From positions 32,001 through 96,000 of the IMG/VR virus record IMGVR_UViG_3300047299_000067: 64,000 bases of DNA; one strand, given 5' to 3'. Source of the stretch: a virus. Positions within the stretch are counted from its first letter, which is position 1. Every line of letters starts with the position of its first letter. Below the pieces are notes generated by a model. It saw only the letters and a list, made by a program, of their open reading frames with translations, was not told where the DNA came from and did not search any database. Shown piece after piece: positions 19,215 to 27,548 of the stretch. Both the position numbers and the translations under genes were made by a program.

Positions 19215-20420
19215 TTATGCAGTAACTTTGTCGTCGTAATGTGCAGTAACACCAAACGGAGATTGGATAGTGTCGTTGCCATGCACGACAAACAGCGTGT
19301 CGCAGTAGTTTTCGTCGCCCCAGCTACCGCATGGGTAACCGTCTGTAAACATGATAAACTGCTTTGGCACAATGTCGTTAGCCTTCATATACTCGAACGC
19401 ACAATCAAAGTCTGTACCACCACCACCCATAGGTTCGTAGTCGTAAATGTCTTCACCGTTGTCGTCGGAGAATGTAACAGGGTTATACACTTCGGTGTCA
19501 AAGCTATAAACATGGATGCTATAAGTTGCATACATATCCATCATGCCTTTAACTTCGCTCAAAAAGTCTTGTGCCATAGCTTGGCTAATAGAACCCGACA
19601 TGTCAATGGCAATTGCCACATCCAAATGTTCTTGCGGCAACATGCCTGGCAACACTGCACCGGTATGCCAAGCCTTACGGCTTGGACGCATAAAGGAATA
19701 GTTGTTCTTCAAACTAGATTCCAATTGGATACGCAACAGATCTTGCCAACGCATTTTTGGCGCAGTAAATTGTTGGATAAGTCGACGAATGCCTGCAGGA
19801 GTATTACCTGCGCCAGCAGCCTGGGCACTTTGCAAAACAGCTTCTTTCATCTCGTCGCGAATCTTCTTCATAGTTTCTTCGTCGATTTTGATGCCCGAGC
19901 TTTTGCTCTTGCCGTCGCTACTACCTTTTTCGTTGCCGTCTTTATCTTCGCCTTCTTTGCCAGAGCCGTCCATGTGCATGTCCAAAGTAACTTGGATTTT
20001 GACAGCGTTCTTTACCAACTCGTCGTACACTTCTTCGGCAGTCATGTCGCGATATTTTGTATCGTGCAAAATTTGCACAGCGGTGATCTTTTTACCTACG
20101 CTATTTTGGATCAACATGTCGTTGATGAGATAGTCACCTGCCATGTTCCAAATTTGAGGATCACGGTCGCCTCGTCGTCCCATGTGGTTATAAACGCAAT
20201 GACCGACTTCGTGTCCAAACAAGAACACTAGTTCGTCGTCGTCTAGTTTATTGATAAAATCTGTGCAGTAGTAAAAATGGCGACCATCTGTTGCGGCAGT
20301 AGAACACCAATCACTAGCTTCTACTAGCTTCATGCGGGTTGCCAAGTTGCCCCAAAACGGATGCTTGAGTAGCATACGAACACGGGCTTTTGTCAGGCGG
20401 TCTCGAACGTCAAGTTTCAT
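19215..20420 (-). CDS. metallopeptidase + vWA domain protein (DUF2201-like)
   Basis: AATDG, HEVGH zincin motif, DMSGS MIDAS, GGGT, FTDG. Confidence 0.85.
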   Translation of the reverse strand: MKLDVRDRLTKARVRMLLKHPFWGNLATRMKLVEASDWCSTAATDGRHFYYCTDFINKLDDDELVFLFGHEVGHCVYNHMGRRGDRDPQIWNMAGDYLINDMLIQNSVGKKITAVQILHDTKYRDMTAEEVYDELVKNAVKIQVTLDMHMDGSGKEGEDKDGNEKGSSDGKSKSSGIKIDEETMKKIRDEMKEAVLQSAQAAGAGNTPAGIRRLIQQFTAPKMRWQDLLRIQLESSLKNNYSFMRPSRKAWHTGAVLPGMLPQEHLDVAIAIDMSGSISQAMAQDFLSEVKGMMDMYATYSIHVYSFDTEVYNPVTFSDDNGEDIYDYEPMGGGGTDFDCAFEYMKANDIVPKQFIMFTDGYPCGSWGDENYCDTLFVVHGNDTIQSPFGVTAHYDDKVTA

Positions 20421-20442
20421 ATGAATTCCTTAGTAATGCTTT

Positions 20443-20471
20443 ATTATATAGCCAAGTTGAATTTGTGTCAA
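20443..20471 (-). promoter_or_regulatory. sigma70-type early promoter
   Basis: TTGACA(CAAA)-N17-TATAAT, perfect consensus. Confidence 0.85.
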
Positions 20472-20728
20472 TTAAATGTAGATTGCAACATTTTGATAAG
20501 TTTCTCGCAACCTTCTTGATTCATGGTAAGTGTAACATCATAACCATCTCCCAAAACGGTAAGGGTTGTTTTGTTATCATTAGTTAAACCTACTCGGTAA
20601 GGTTCTTGATTTGCAGTTTCTTGATATTTAGGCATAATAGGCACCTTCCACGGCCCAGGTAGTCCATAAGTTTCGTTAGCTTGTTCGATAAGCTCTTTAG
20701 CTGTACGCTTGCGAAAAAAATCAAACAT
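20468..20728 (-). CDS. hypothetical protein
   Basis: GGAG SD, packed ORF. Confidence 0.65.
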   Translation of the reverse strand: MFDFFRKRTAKELIEQANETYGLPGPWKVPIMPKYQETANQEPYRVGLTNDNKTTLTVLGDGYDVTLTMNQEGCEKLIKMLQSTFN

Positions 20729-20885
20729 CTTCGTTACTCCATGTAATAGTTACGCGAAACTCTCCTTGCCGAAATCCATGTTCATCTTTAGGAATCTCTG
20801 CAAAGTCCTTTTCCAATGCCCAACGAATATCTTCGTCGATATCAACAAGGCTTTCGTCAGAATAGTGTCGATCAAAAATAATCAT
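20721..20885 (-). CDS. small hypothetical protein (54 aa, not in ORF track)
   Basis: MIIFDRHYSDESL...WSNEDV*; GGAG SD. Confidence 0.6.
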   Translation of the reverse strand: MIIFDRHYSDESLVDIDEDIRWALEKDFAEIPKDEHGFRQGEFRVTITWSNEDV

Positions 20886-20984
20886 TCTTCAACTCCAAAA
20901 TGTTTCTTAATTACAAATCTTTTGCAATAGCAACACCTACTGCTACCCAAATAAGAATGGCTACGAAAAACACCAATGCTCCCA

Positions 20985-21185
20985 TCATTTAATCCCAAAA
21001 TAATCTTTAATCATAGGTCCAGGGTATTCGCCGCCGTCGTATGCATAGTTACCTACCACAACGCATTTACGAATAATCAATTCCGCAAATAACTCTAAGT
21101 CTGGTTGAGCAAACGGAATTTCATTTCCCAGCCTATCGTATTTTCTAGTAGATTCTTCTAGTAAAGTTTGCAAGTTAGCATTCAT
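20985..21185 (-). CDS. small phage protein, FAELI...FG[IV] family
   Basis: LELFAELIIRKC...IKDYFGIK; paralog of 21730-22101 and 25991-26221. Confidence 0.65.
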   Translation of the reverse strand: MNANLQTLLEESTRKYDRLGNEIPFAQPDLELFAELIIRKCVVVGNYAYDGGEYPGPMIKDYFGIK

Positions 21186-21394
21186 TTGATTGCATTCCAC
21201 ATGCTTTTAACCATGACTATCGCTAGTCCACTAGCAACAATACCCATTGGAATTACCACTAACACCATTGGGATAATTTCTTTCATTTCACACATGTAAA
21301 TCCTTTCGCCATATGAGAGCCAAGTAGTGCAAGAATACCTAGCATACCAAATGCAACAAAACAAACAAATAAAAAATCAATCATTCTTCGATCC

Positions 21395-21730
21395 TCAACT
21401 GTAATGCACAAATGTCATTAATTTAAATGGTTCATACATAAACTTTTCAAACTCAGGAAACTTAGCAATGAATTCTTTCCTGTATTTGAGTTCAAGTTCT
21501 CCGAGCTTTTGAATATCAATCTCAACGAACGTATCTTCCATATCTCCCCAACGAAGATTTCCGCTGTCGTATAGAACATTACCAAAGATCATGTATTCGC
21601 CGCATATGCTTTCAAGTAAGACAAACGGGGTATCATTGTCATCATATACTTCATCATATGCTTGGGCAAAATCATCGTTCCATTCGGTTTTGACACCGTG
21701 CATGGTATAGTAGTGAGTATCGATTCCCAT
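21395..21730 (-). CDS. hypothetical protein
   Basis: TAATG coupling with upstream gene. Confidence 0.7.
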   Translation of the reverse strand: MGIDTHYYTMHGVKTEWNDDFAQAYDEVYDDNDTPFVLLESICGEYMIFGNVLYDSGNLRWGDMEDTFVEIDIQKLGELELKYRKEFIAKFPEFEKFMYEPFKLMTFVHYS

Positions 21731-22101
21731 TATTCTTCAATCCCAAAGTTACGTTTAATCATGGTTGATGATTTTATAGCACCAAGTCTAAACCATTTTG
21801 CACGAATAGCAGTAAAGCTATATTCTGCATTGTTTCCTTGCTCTTGTGCAATATTAGCACACTCTTGGATTAAAAGTTTTGCAAATTCATCTATCGACGT
21901 ACCGACGAGTGCAGGGATTAGTTCATTACCGTCTTCGTCTTGTGCAAGACCGCCTACTTCTTCTAGCAACTTTCGAATCTTAGAATCTCTCAATGATTGG
22001 TTTCGAACTTTAACAAACGCTTTGTAATCTTCTTGGTTACCGATGCTATAACCAAAGTCGCCTGCATGAATCTCTGCTCCTGCTTTAATGTTTTCGTTCA
22101 T
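21730..22101 (-). CDS. small phage protein, FAELI...FG[IV] family
   Basis: IDEFAKLLIQEC...IKRNFGIEE. Confidence 0.65.
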   Translation of the reverse strand: MNENIKAGAEIHAGDFGYSIGNQEDYKAFVKVRNQSLRDSKIRKLLEEVGGLAQDEDGNELIPALVGTSIDEFAKLLIQECANIAQEQGNNAEYSFTAIRAKWFRLGAIKSSTMIKRNFGIEE

Positions 22102-22102
22102 A

Positions 22103-22453
22103 TTAAATACCAAACTTTAATTTAAATGCAAACGCATCCTCGAGATTCTTAAACCAAATAGTATCATACCCTAACGGTGCGTAAAAGTCTAAACCTCTGA
22201 GACAAATTTCTCGTTGCCAAAGACTGAACTCTGTTCTCATAGTCGGTAACAAACGAGCTGTATGCCATTTGCCTTTTGCACGTTGATAATACTGCTCTAA
22301 TTCTTGTCTGGTGATATCTAGCCGGCCGAACACACTTCTAACATACTCGTTATCGCCATATACCACCGACAACACATAAGGACTAAGGGGGACTAAGTTA
22401 TAGTCCCCCAAAGTAGCGTGCTTAGTTGCTGACGTCGACGACAAGGTGTGCAT
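22103..22453 (-). CDS. hypothetical protein (true start probably a GTG near 22376)
   Basis: Ends WFKNLEDAFAFKLKFG, a common phage small-protein ending. Confidence 0.55.
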   Translation of the reverse strand: MHTLSSTSATKHATLGDYNLVPLSPYVLSVVYGDNEYVRSVFGRLDITRQELEQYYQRAKGKWHTARLLPTMRTEFSLWQREICLRGLDFYAPLGYDTIWFKNLEDAFAFKLKFGI

Positions 22454-23531
22454 AACGCTTGAAGAAGTCTGGGAAGTTCTTCAGCTTCTTGTGGTCGAAT
22501 GGCAAGTTGTAGTTCTTCAACGCTGTATGGGCACCCATGATAACCATTTCTGGTTCAAAGTTATCCATCATAAACTGGATGAAGAACTCGCATTGACTAT
22601 GCCATGTGTCCAACTTACCAGCCTTCTTAGCGTTTTCGTAACCGTCTTTGAGCTCATAGCACATACCGGTAGTCAAAGAGTACATAGCGGACACTTCTTT
22701 AACTTTGAGCTCTTTGACTTTACCTGCCAAGATGTCTGCAGGGTTAGGCAAGTCTGCGGCAATCTTACGATGTGCCATAAACTTGATAGCCAAGCCTTCG
22801 CCAATACAACCAGCAACCATATCTGTCTGCTCGTTATCGGTCATCTCGTCATCGATCAAGTCCGATACAAAGCTCCAAGAGCGAGGAGTTGCAAAGCTAC
22901 GGTCATGGACTGTAGGATCAAAATTGTAAAGGTCGCCCTTTGCATAGTTCAAGTAACCAACCACGTCCTGGTGGATACGGTTTTGCAGTGCCCACACGTT
23001 CCAGTCTGCAAAGTCCACGCGAAGTTCAAAGTGAACAAAGCGGTTAGCCAGCGGAGTAGGCATACGATAAGTAACACCTTTGTCTGTCATACGGTTACCT
23101 GCCGCCATAATAACAACGTTATCTGGTAGTTCGTAAGTACCCACCTTGCGGTTAAGAATCAGCTGGTAGGCTGCACTTTGCACGGCAGGAGGAGCACCTG
23201 CCAGTTCGTCCAAGAACAGAACAACAACTGGATGCTGTGCCGCAAATTCTTTAGTAGGCAACTCGCTCGGAGGAGCCCACGACATAGTGTTCTCTTTAGA
23301 GTTGTAATACGGGATACCTTTAATGTCAGTAGGTTCCCACAAGTTCAAACGCACGTCGACAAGTGCGCCGCCCATCTCTTGTGCCAATTGAGCAGCTAGG
23401 TCGGACTTACCGACGCCTGGAGGACCCCACATGAACACGGGGCGCTTGGCTTTCATTGCACGACGAACCAGTCGCTTTGCTTCGCTAATTTTAACTGTGC
23501 GACCTTCGGTCACTGCATCTTTCTTTGCCAT
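22422..23531 (-). CDS. MoxR-like AAA+ ATPase
   Basis: Walker A GPPGVGKS, Walker B LFLDE, AAGN, PLANRF, TPRSW. Confidence 0.9.
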   Translation of the reverse strand: MAKKDAVTEGRTVKISEAKRLVRRAMKAKRPVFMWGPPGVGKSDLAAQLAQEMGGALVDVRLNLWEPTDIKGIPYYNSKENTMSWAPPSELPTKEFAAQHPVVVLFLDELAGAPPAVQSAAYQLILNRKVGTYELPDNVVIMAAGNRMTDKGVTYRMPTPLANRFVHFELRVDFADWNVWALQNRIHQDVVGYLNYAKGDLYNFDPTVHDRSFATPRSWSFVSDLIDDEMTDNEQTDMVAGCIGEGLAIKFMAHRKIAADLPNPADILAGKVKELKVKEVSAMYSLTTGMCYELKDGYENAKKAGKLDTWHSQCEFFIQFMMDNFEPEMVIMGAHTALKNYNLPFDHKKLKNFPDFFKRYAHLVVDVSN

Positions 23532-23568
23532 TGCATTTACTCCTTAAAAATGTTTTTGCAATATGTAT

Positions 23569-23597
23569 ATTATACGAGAACGGGGATTTTGTGTCTA
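23569..23597 (-). promoter_or_regulatory. sigma70-type early promoter
   Basis: TAGACA(CAAA)-N17-TATAAT. Confidence 0.75.
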
Positions 23598-23599
23598 TT

Positions 23600-24019
23600 T
23601 TAGACTGTTAATTCGTAAGCAGTATTCCACTTACCAACATTGATGTCGATGTAATGCGAACGATGGAAATAGTCACTTTGAATGTCGCTGTGATCAAAGA
23701 AATCAGGACCTTTCAATGCAGTAACCATCTCTGCCAAAAATTCTTTGGCGTCACCATCGAACTGCTCTTGAAACCAAGAAGTGTTCACATCGATATGGTC
23801 ACGAGCAGGACGGAAGTCTTGCGGGTTAGCCATATAACGAGTAGATTCGCTCACTACTCGATTGTAGTTGCCGATGAAGTCAATCTTCCCGGATTTGATG
23901 TTCAGGACCAATGTGCTGTGATTGCGAACAGCGATAGAACCTTTGACGCCGTATTTCTTGCAAATAGCTTTGATTTGCGGTGCCAATTTTGCTTTCATTT
24001 CCTGGGAGACATAAGCCAT
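23600..24019 (-). CDS. hypothetical phage protein
   Basis: AGGAG SD; SDIQSDYF motif; ATG 24019. Confidence 0.75.
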   Translation of the reverse strand: MAYVSQEMKAKLAPQIKAICKKYGVKGSIAVRNHSTLVLNIKSGKIDFIGNYNRVVSESTRYMANPQDFRPARDHIDVNTSWFQEQFDGDAKEFLAEMVTALKGPDFFDHSDIQSDYFHRSHYIDINVGKWNTAYELTV

Positions 24020-24051
24020 CTTCAACTCCTGTTTTGTTACGCTATGTATCT

Positions 24052-24080
24052 ATTATAACGTAACTTCTATTTTGTGTCAA
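24052..24080 (-). promoter_or_regulatory. sigma70-type early promoter
   Basis: TTGACA(CAAA)-N17-TATAAT. Confidence 0.85.
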
Positions 24081-24088
24081 TTAATGGT

Positions 24089-24184
24089 TTAACGCTTTGC
24101 CGCCGTATGGATTAAACCAGTGGGCGTAAAAGTAATTAGGCCACCAGTGGAGCTGGGAATGGGTTTAGGCAAGGCAGTTTGCAT
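24089..24184 (-). CDS. 31-aa peptide resembling a module of the 54187-55563 protein
   Basis: MQTALPKPIPSSTGGLITFTPTGLIHTAAKR*; manual translation. Confidence 0.4.
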   Translation of the reverse strand: MQTALPKPIPSSTGGLITFTPTGLIHTAAKR

Positions 24185-24416
24185 GTAATACTTTTTTGTT
24201 AGTTTGTTTGAACGTAAACTCTCGGTCTACGTAATATTTGATTAGTTCGCGTTGAATCATAGTAAGCAAGTCACCTTGATCGTCATTGACGACAAAACGA
24301 ACAGGACAACGTCCCCACGTGCGGTTCTCGTTGAAATCCGCAAACCACTTGCGATGATCTTTATTTTTTGCGTCAAAGATCACATAAGGACGACCGTGTA
24401 TCTGTAGCCTACTCAT
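24165..24416 (-). CDS. hypothetical protein
   Basis: AGGA SD, packed ORF. Confidence 0.7.
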   Translation of the reverse strand: MSRLQIHGRPYVIFDAKNKDHRKWFADFNENRTWGRCPVRFVVNDDQGDLLTMIQRELIKYYVDREFTFKQTNKKVLHANCLA

Positions 24417-24481
24417 GAAGTATCCTAAAATTAAGGTTAGTGTAAAGTGTGCGGGGGAATTTCACCCCCGTAGTGCAGGGG

Positions 24482-24742
24482 TTACTCGCCTTGAGCGGCG
24501 GCAACGACATCTTCTGCGGAAGTGTCGGTATCTGCTGGTACTGCAAACAGGTTGTTTGCGCGGGCATAAGCAATGCCTGCTTCCTTAGTCATAGCCTCGG
24601 GCAGCTCGAACAAGTCGACTGCGGTATGACCGTTCTTGACCAAATTCTTAATTCGGGTTGCAAGGTCGTTTGCAAAACGAACTTTGGTCTTGCCGTTAAG
24701 GGTAGAAATACCGATAACCTTAAAAGTTTTACTAGTAGCCAT
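24482..24742 (-). CDS. hypothetical protein
   Basis: AAGGT SD before MATSKTF; own promoter. Confidence 0.75.
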   Translation of the reverse strand: MATSKTFKVIGISTLNGKTKVRFANDLATRIKNLVKNGHTAVDLFELPEAMTKEAGIAYARANNLFAVPADTDTSAEDVVAAAQGE

Positions 24743-24806
24743 GTTAATTACCTTTTCTCTCTGTGTGTAAAAATGTATGGATTGCACTATTGCTCACCAT
24801 ACCTCT

Positions 24807-24835
24807 ATTATGCAGTCAAAACCAATTTGTGTCAA
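24807..24835 (-). promoter_or_regulatory. sigma70-type early promoter
   Basis: TTGACA(CAAA)-N17-CATAAT. Confidence 0.75.
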
Positions 24836-24974
24836 TATCTTTACGTGCGAACTTTTTACGGTCGTAAACACGTTGATTTTTTTCACTTTTTGGCTTGAAC
24901 TGCCCGTCATGAAACAAGAAGTCAGCACGGCGCTTCTGTTTTGGCAGTTTAGCAGTGATAGTTTCTCGTTTCAT
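24816..24974 (-). CDS. ArfA-like (alternative ribosome rescue factor A) small basic protein, 52 aa, not in ORF track
   Basis: MKRETITAKLPKQKRRADFLFHDGQFKPKSEKNQRVYDRKKFARKDIDTNWF*; LxHDxxF..EKN..YxRK pattern as in ArfA; GGAGA SD and own promoter. Confidence 0.5.
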   Translation of the reverse strand: MKRETITAKLPKQKRRADFLFHDGQFKPKSEKNQRVYDRKKFARKDIDTNWF

Positions 24975-24994
24975 AATTCTCTCCAATTTCAATA

Positions 24995-25023
24995 ATTATA
25001 TTAGATTATTTATTTTGTGTCAA
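24995..25023 (-). promoter_or_regulatory. sigma70-type early promoter
   Basis: TTGACA(CAAA)-N17-TATAAT. Confidence 0.85.
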
Positions 25024-25258
25024 ATTTTGATTGGATCTTTTGGATAACCAAACGTGCATCCTTGTAAGGATCTGCGAGTTCTTCTTGGGCTTCGTCGATC
25101 ATTGCTAGTGCAAGCAACTTCATCAAACCCTGGGCTAACTCAAGTTCATAGTCGTCCAATGTCTCCATCCAATCCAAATATTCATCTTTGGTTTTAAAAT
25201 TCCAAATAATGTCAAGCATATCAACTTGCTCAGCAGTCAGTCCATCAATTTTAATCAT
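25010..25258 (-). CDS. hypothetical protein
   Basis: AAGGA SD. Confidence 0.7.
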   Translation of the reverse strand: MIKIDGLTAEQVDMLDIIWNFKTKDEYLDWMETLDDYELELAQGLMKLLALAMIDEAQEELADPYKDARLVIQKIQSKFDTK

Positions 25259-25267
25259 ATTATTCCT

Positions 25268-25663
25268 TTACCAGAAAAAAGGTTCGTGCGTTGTATCTCC
25301 ACGCAATACCATCATTACATCTTCTTCTTCAGTGTATACCAAATTGTGTTCGACTAAAATTTTTCGACGTTCTGCTTCGCCCATTTTAATCCACAAGTCA
25401 ACGTTCTTAAAACTTCCGCGGGCAACTTCTGGCATTTCGTTGAACATCCAACTTGCCAATTTTTTAAGTTCTGCGACAGAATTGCCGGGGTGCGAATGTA
25501 GCATTGCTCTGAGATAGTCATTGGCCATTACCGCAGTAAAAAAACTACCTGGCTCAAAACCAAACACCAAATAGTTGTAGACAGGATCTAAATAATCTTT
25601 ACAAATTTCATACTTCGCTAAAGATTCTAGAAAACGATTACGGCTATGCGGAGCTAATTTCAT
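25268..25663 (-). CDS. hypothetical protein
   Basis: Start MKLAPHS at 25663 follows upstream stop; GFEPGSF motif. Confidence 0.7.
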   Translation of the reverse strand: MKLAPHSRNRFLESLAKYEICKDYLDPVYNYLVFGFEPGSFFTAVMANDYLRAMLHSHPGNSVAELKKLASWMFNEMPEVARGSFKNVDLWIKMGEAERRKILVEHNLVYTEEEDVMMVLRGDTTHEPFFW

Positions 25664-25664
25664 A

Positions 25665-25994
25665 TTACCACCCAACTTGAATGCCATAGTTTTGATACAA
25701 CGGGCCACTACCATCATCTTCTGCAATTCCGCGAGGAACATACTTGTTGCCGTCGTTGCAAACACGGGCACGATAACCCAACTCTACAAGTTTATCAACG
25801 ACTGCACGATCCAATGGTGTGAGTTTATTCTCGACGTATTCGTAGGGACCCACACTACCAATGCAGATGAATGCAAACCGTTTGCCACCTTTTGCGGCAT
25901 CAATGATTTTTTGTTCAACGTGATGTTTGAGATATTCTGTAACCTCTGCACCAGATTCGTCATACAGTTGTTTGGCTTGTTTTGCATCAATCAT
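25665..25994 (-). CDS. hypothetical protein
   Basis: ATGA overlap, GGAG SD; LVELGY...QVGW. Confidence 0.7.
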   Translation of the reverse strand: MIDAKQAKQLYDESGAEVTEYLKHHVEQKIIDAAKGGKRFAFICIGSVGPYEYVENKLTPLDRAVVDKLVELGYRARVCNDGNKYVPRGIAEDDGSGPLYQNYGIQVGW

Positions 25995-26221
25995 TCTTCA
26001 ACTCCGAAATGTTTCTTAACCTGTTTACACGCAACATATAGCACATCTTCTGGATCTGGTCCTTCCAACTCAGTCATGTCAGCATTAGCCGCAATATTCA
26101 AACATTCCCGTACAATCAACTCGGCGAACTTTTCTACATCAAAACCAAGGGATCTCATAGCTGCCTTGTTTATCATGTCATAGCCAGCAACCTTTGCCAA
26201 TGTTTCAATTCGTTCGTTCAT
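25991..26221 (-). CDS. small phage protein, MNERI...FAELIVREC...HFGVEE family
   Basis: Paralog of 20985 and 21730 ORFs. Confidence 0.7.
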   Translation of the reverse strand: MNERIETLAKVAGYDMINKAAMRSLGFDVEKFAELIVRECLNIAANADMTELEGPDPEDVLYVACKQVKKHFGVEE

Positions 26222-26397
26222 ACTGATTCCTCAAAACTTTCCAAATCACAACCTTTAACTTCACACCACACTTTAGTGGGATTTTCCACCAAAGCAAACT
26301 GATGCCAGTAACCGTTCCCGCTGAGATTGTCACCCAGATAGATCAAACGCTCGGGTTGACCTTTCCAATTATAACGACCACCAATAGTAAATTTCAT
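26218..26397 (-). CDS. small hypothetical protein (59 aa, not in ORF track)
   Basis: MKFTIGGRYNWKGQPERLIYLG...; ATGA overlaps at both ends. Confidence 0.7.
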   Translation of the reverse strand: MKFTIGGRYNWKGQPERLIYLGDNLSGNGYWHQFALVENPTKVWCEVKGCDLESFEESV

Positions 26398-26600
26398 TCC
26401 AATTCTCCTGTTTGATCATTGACCCGACCAAGGTAGACAGCCTTCTTAGCAATGCCAACAAATTCAGCAATGGCGTTGAATTGTTTAACATATTTCTCTG
26501 CTTTTTTCTGCTTATCAAAGACCACAGGAACAACCCACTTCATAGTTGATTCACCGTTCGCCACGGGGTGGACTTGGACGATGTGTTTGTAGGTGGTCAT
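26394..26600 (-). CDS. small hypothetical protein
   Basis: Packed operon. Confidence 0.65.
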   Translation of the reverse strand: MTTYKHIVQVHPVANGESTMKWVVPVVFDKQKKAEKYVKQFNAIAEFVGIAKKAVYLGRVNDQTGELE

Positions 26601-26601
26601 T

Positions 26602-26757
26602 TTACGCTTTCGGTTCTACACTAGAAATCTTAACACCCGGAGTGATGTGATAGTTACGAGCAATGGATTTAGCTTGACGAACAGAGTCCGCAAACACGGT
26701 ACAGCCCAGACGCTCAGAACCATCTGCATCAGTGATATAAACTTTGTATTCTTTCAT
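26602..26757 (-). CDS. small hypothetical protein (51 aa)
   Basis: MKEYKVYITD start right after upstream stop. Confidence 0.6.
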   Translation of the reverse strand: MKEYKVYITDADGSERLGCTVFADSVRQAKSIARNYHITPGVKISSVEPKA

Positions 26758-26758
26758 T

Positions 26759-26923
26759 TCAGTTTTCTTCTGTGTAGATTTCGCAAATTTCGTAATGGTT
26801 GTCAGCAAAGTCCAAAGCTTCGTTCTCAGTATCAAAGCGACCAAGTTCCTGTCCGATCCAACGCTCCGGACCAGTGCCATCAATATCAGCGCCCCACTCT
26901 ACTTGATAAACTACGAATTTCAT
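26759..26923 (-). CDS. small hypothetical protein (54 aa, not in ORF track)
   Basis: MKFVVYQVEWG...RFDTENEALDFAD; ATGA overlap. Confidence 0.65.
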   Translation of the reverse strand: MKFVVYQVEWGADIDGTGPERWIGQELGRFDTENEALDFADNHYEICEIYTEEN

Positions 26924-27102
26924 TGTGCGGCTTCCTTACGAGTTTTGAACGGGCCTGCGATTTTAGTGAAACCTTCTTGTGCGTGGTATTGAGCCAATGT
27001 CAAACGACCTTCGATTTGACTTGCATTTTCGGCCCAACGATGCACCGTCTCTGTGCCATCCTGTTTCTGAACCCGGTACCAAACAAAACGCAGATAGCTC
27101 AT
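26920..27102 (-). CDS. small hypothetical protein (60 aa)
   Basis: GAGGAG SD before MSYLRFVW. Confidence 0.65.
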   Translation of the reverse strand: MSYLRFVWYRVQKQDGTETVHRWAENASQIEGRLTLAQYHAQEGFTKIAGPFKTRKEAAQ

Positions 27103-27119
27103 TTTAAGACTCCTCGCAG

Positions 27120-27263
27120 TTAAACATAGTTCCAGTTCAGCAAATCGTCTTGGACTTGCAGGAAGCCGGCAGTGTATCCTGCACCAACCCAAAACTTTAC
27201 AGAGCGATACGTGCGCCCATCTTGTCCTTGCCATTCATTGCTAACAACTTGGTTTTGGGGCAT
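27120..27263 (-). CDS. small hypothetical protein (47 aa, not in ORF track)
   Basis: MPQNQVVSNEWQG...; AGGAG SD, first gene after promoter. Confidence 0.65.
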   Translation of the reverse strand: MPQNQVVSNEWQGQDGRTYRSVKFWVGAGYTAGFLQVQDDLLNWNYV

Positions 27264-27295
27264 TTCTAACTCCTGTTTTGCTTTGCTATGTATCA

Positions 27296-27324
27296 ATTAT
27301 AACATAGGTGCCAATTTGTGCCAA
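27296..27324 (-). promoter_or_regulatory. sigma70-type early promoter
   Basis: TTGGCA(CAAA)-N17-TATAAT; leader nearly identical to that at 24024-24058. Confidence 0.75.
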
Positions 27325-27325
27325 T

Positions 27326-27547
27326 TTAGGAATTGTAGATACCAAAACCGCAAATAATCATAGCCACTAAATTCACAGCACCTTGCGGGTAGTTTTTAGT
27401 ACGAATTGCCCACGTTAAAAACAATGATCCGCCTGAAAAACCTAATACTAAATTAAGCGGAAACAAGTCTTTTCTAAACGACATGATTGCATACATAGAA
27501 AGTATACATATTGTCCCTGCCCATTGGATTATTTCGTTTGTTTTCAT
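27326..27547 (-). CDS. small membrane protein
   Basis: Three hydrophobic segments. Confidence 0.7.
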   Translation of the reverse strand: MKTNEIIQWAGTICILSMYAIMSFRKDLFPLNLVLGFSGGSLFLTWAIRTKNYPQGAVNLVAMIICGFGIYNS

Positions 27548-27548
27548 A

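Noticed and set aside
19131-20231. 366-aa plus-strand ORF
   Set aside because: Antisense shadow of the well-supported vWA/peptidase gene; no motifs, SD or promoter
22446-23129. 227-aa plus-strand ORF and the other short opposite-strand ORFs in the track
   Set aside because: They lie fully antisense to motif-bearing genes (here the MoxR ATPase) and have shadow-like composition
24085-24165. Possible tRNA or structured ncRNA in a GC-richer gap
   Set aside because: No cloverleaf or T-loop GTTC signature; better explained by a 31-codon ORF
24452-24470. CGGGGG/CCCCCG hairpin as an intrinsic terminator (similar hairpin near 22387-22409)
   Set aside because: No convincing U-tract; may be a stability or processing stem, but this cannot be supported
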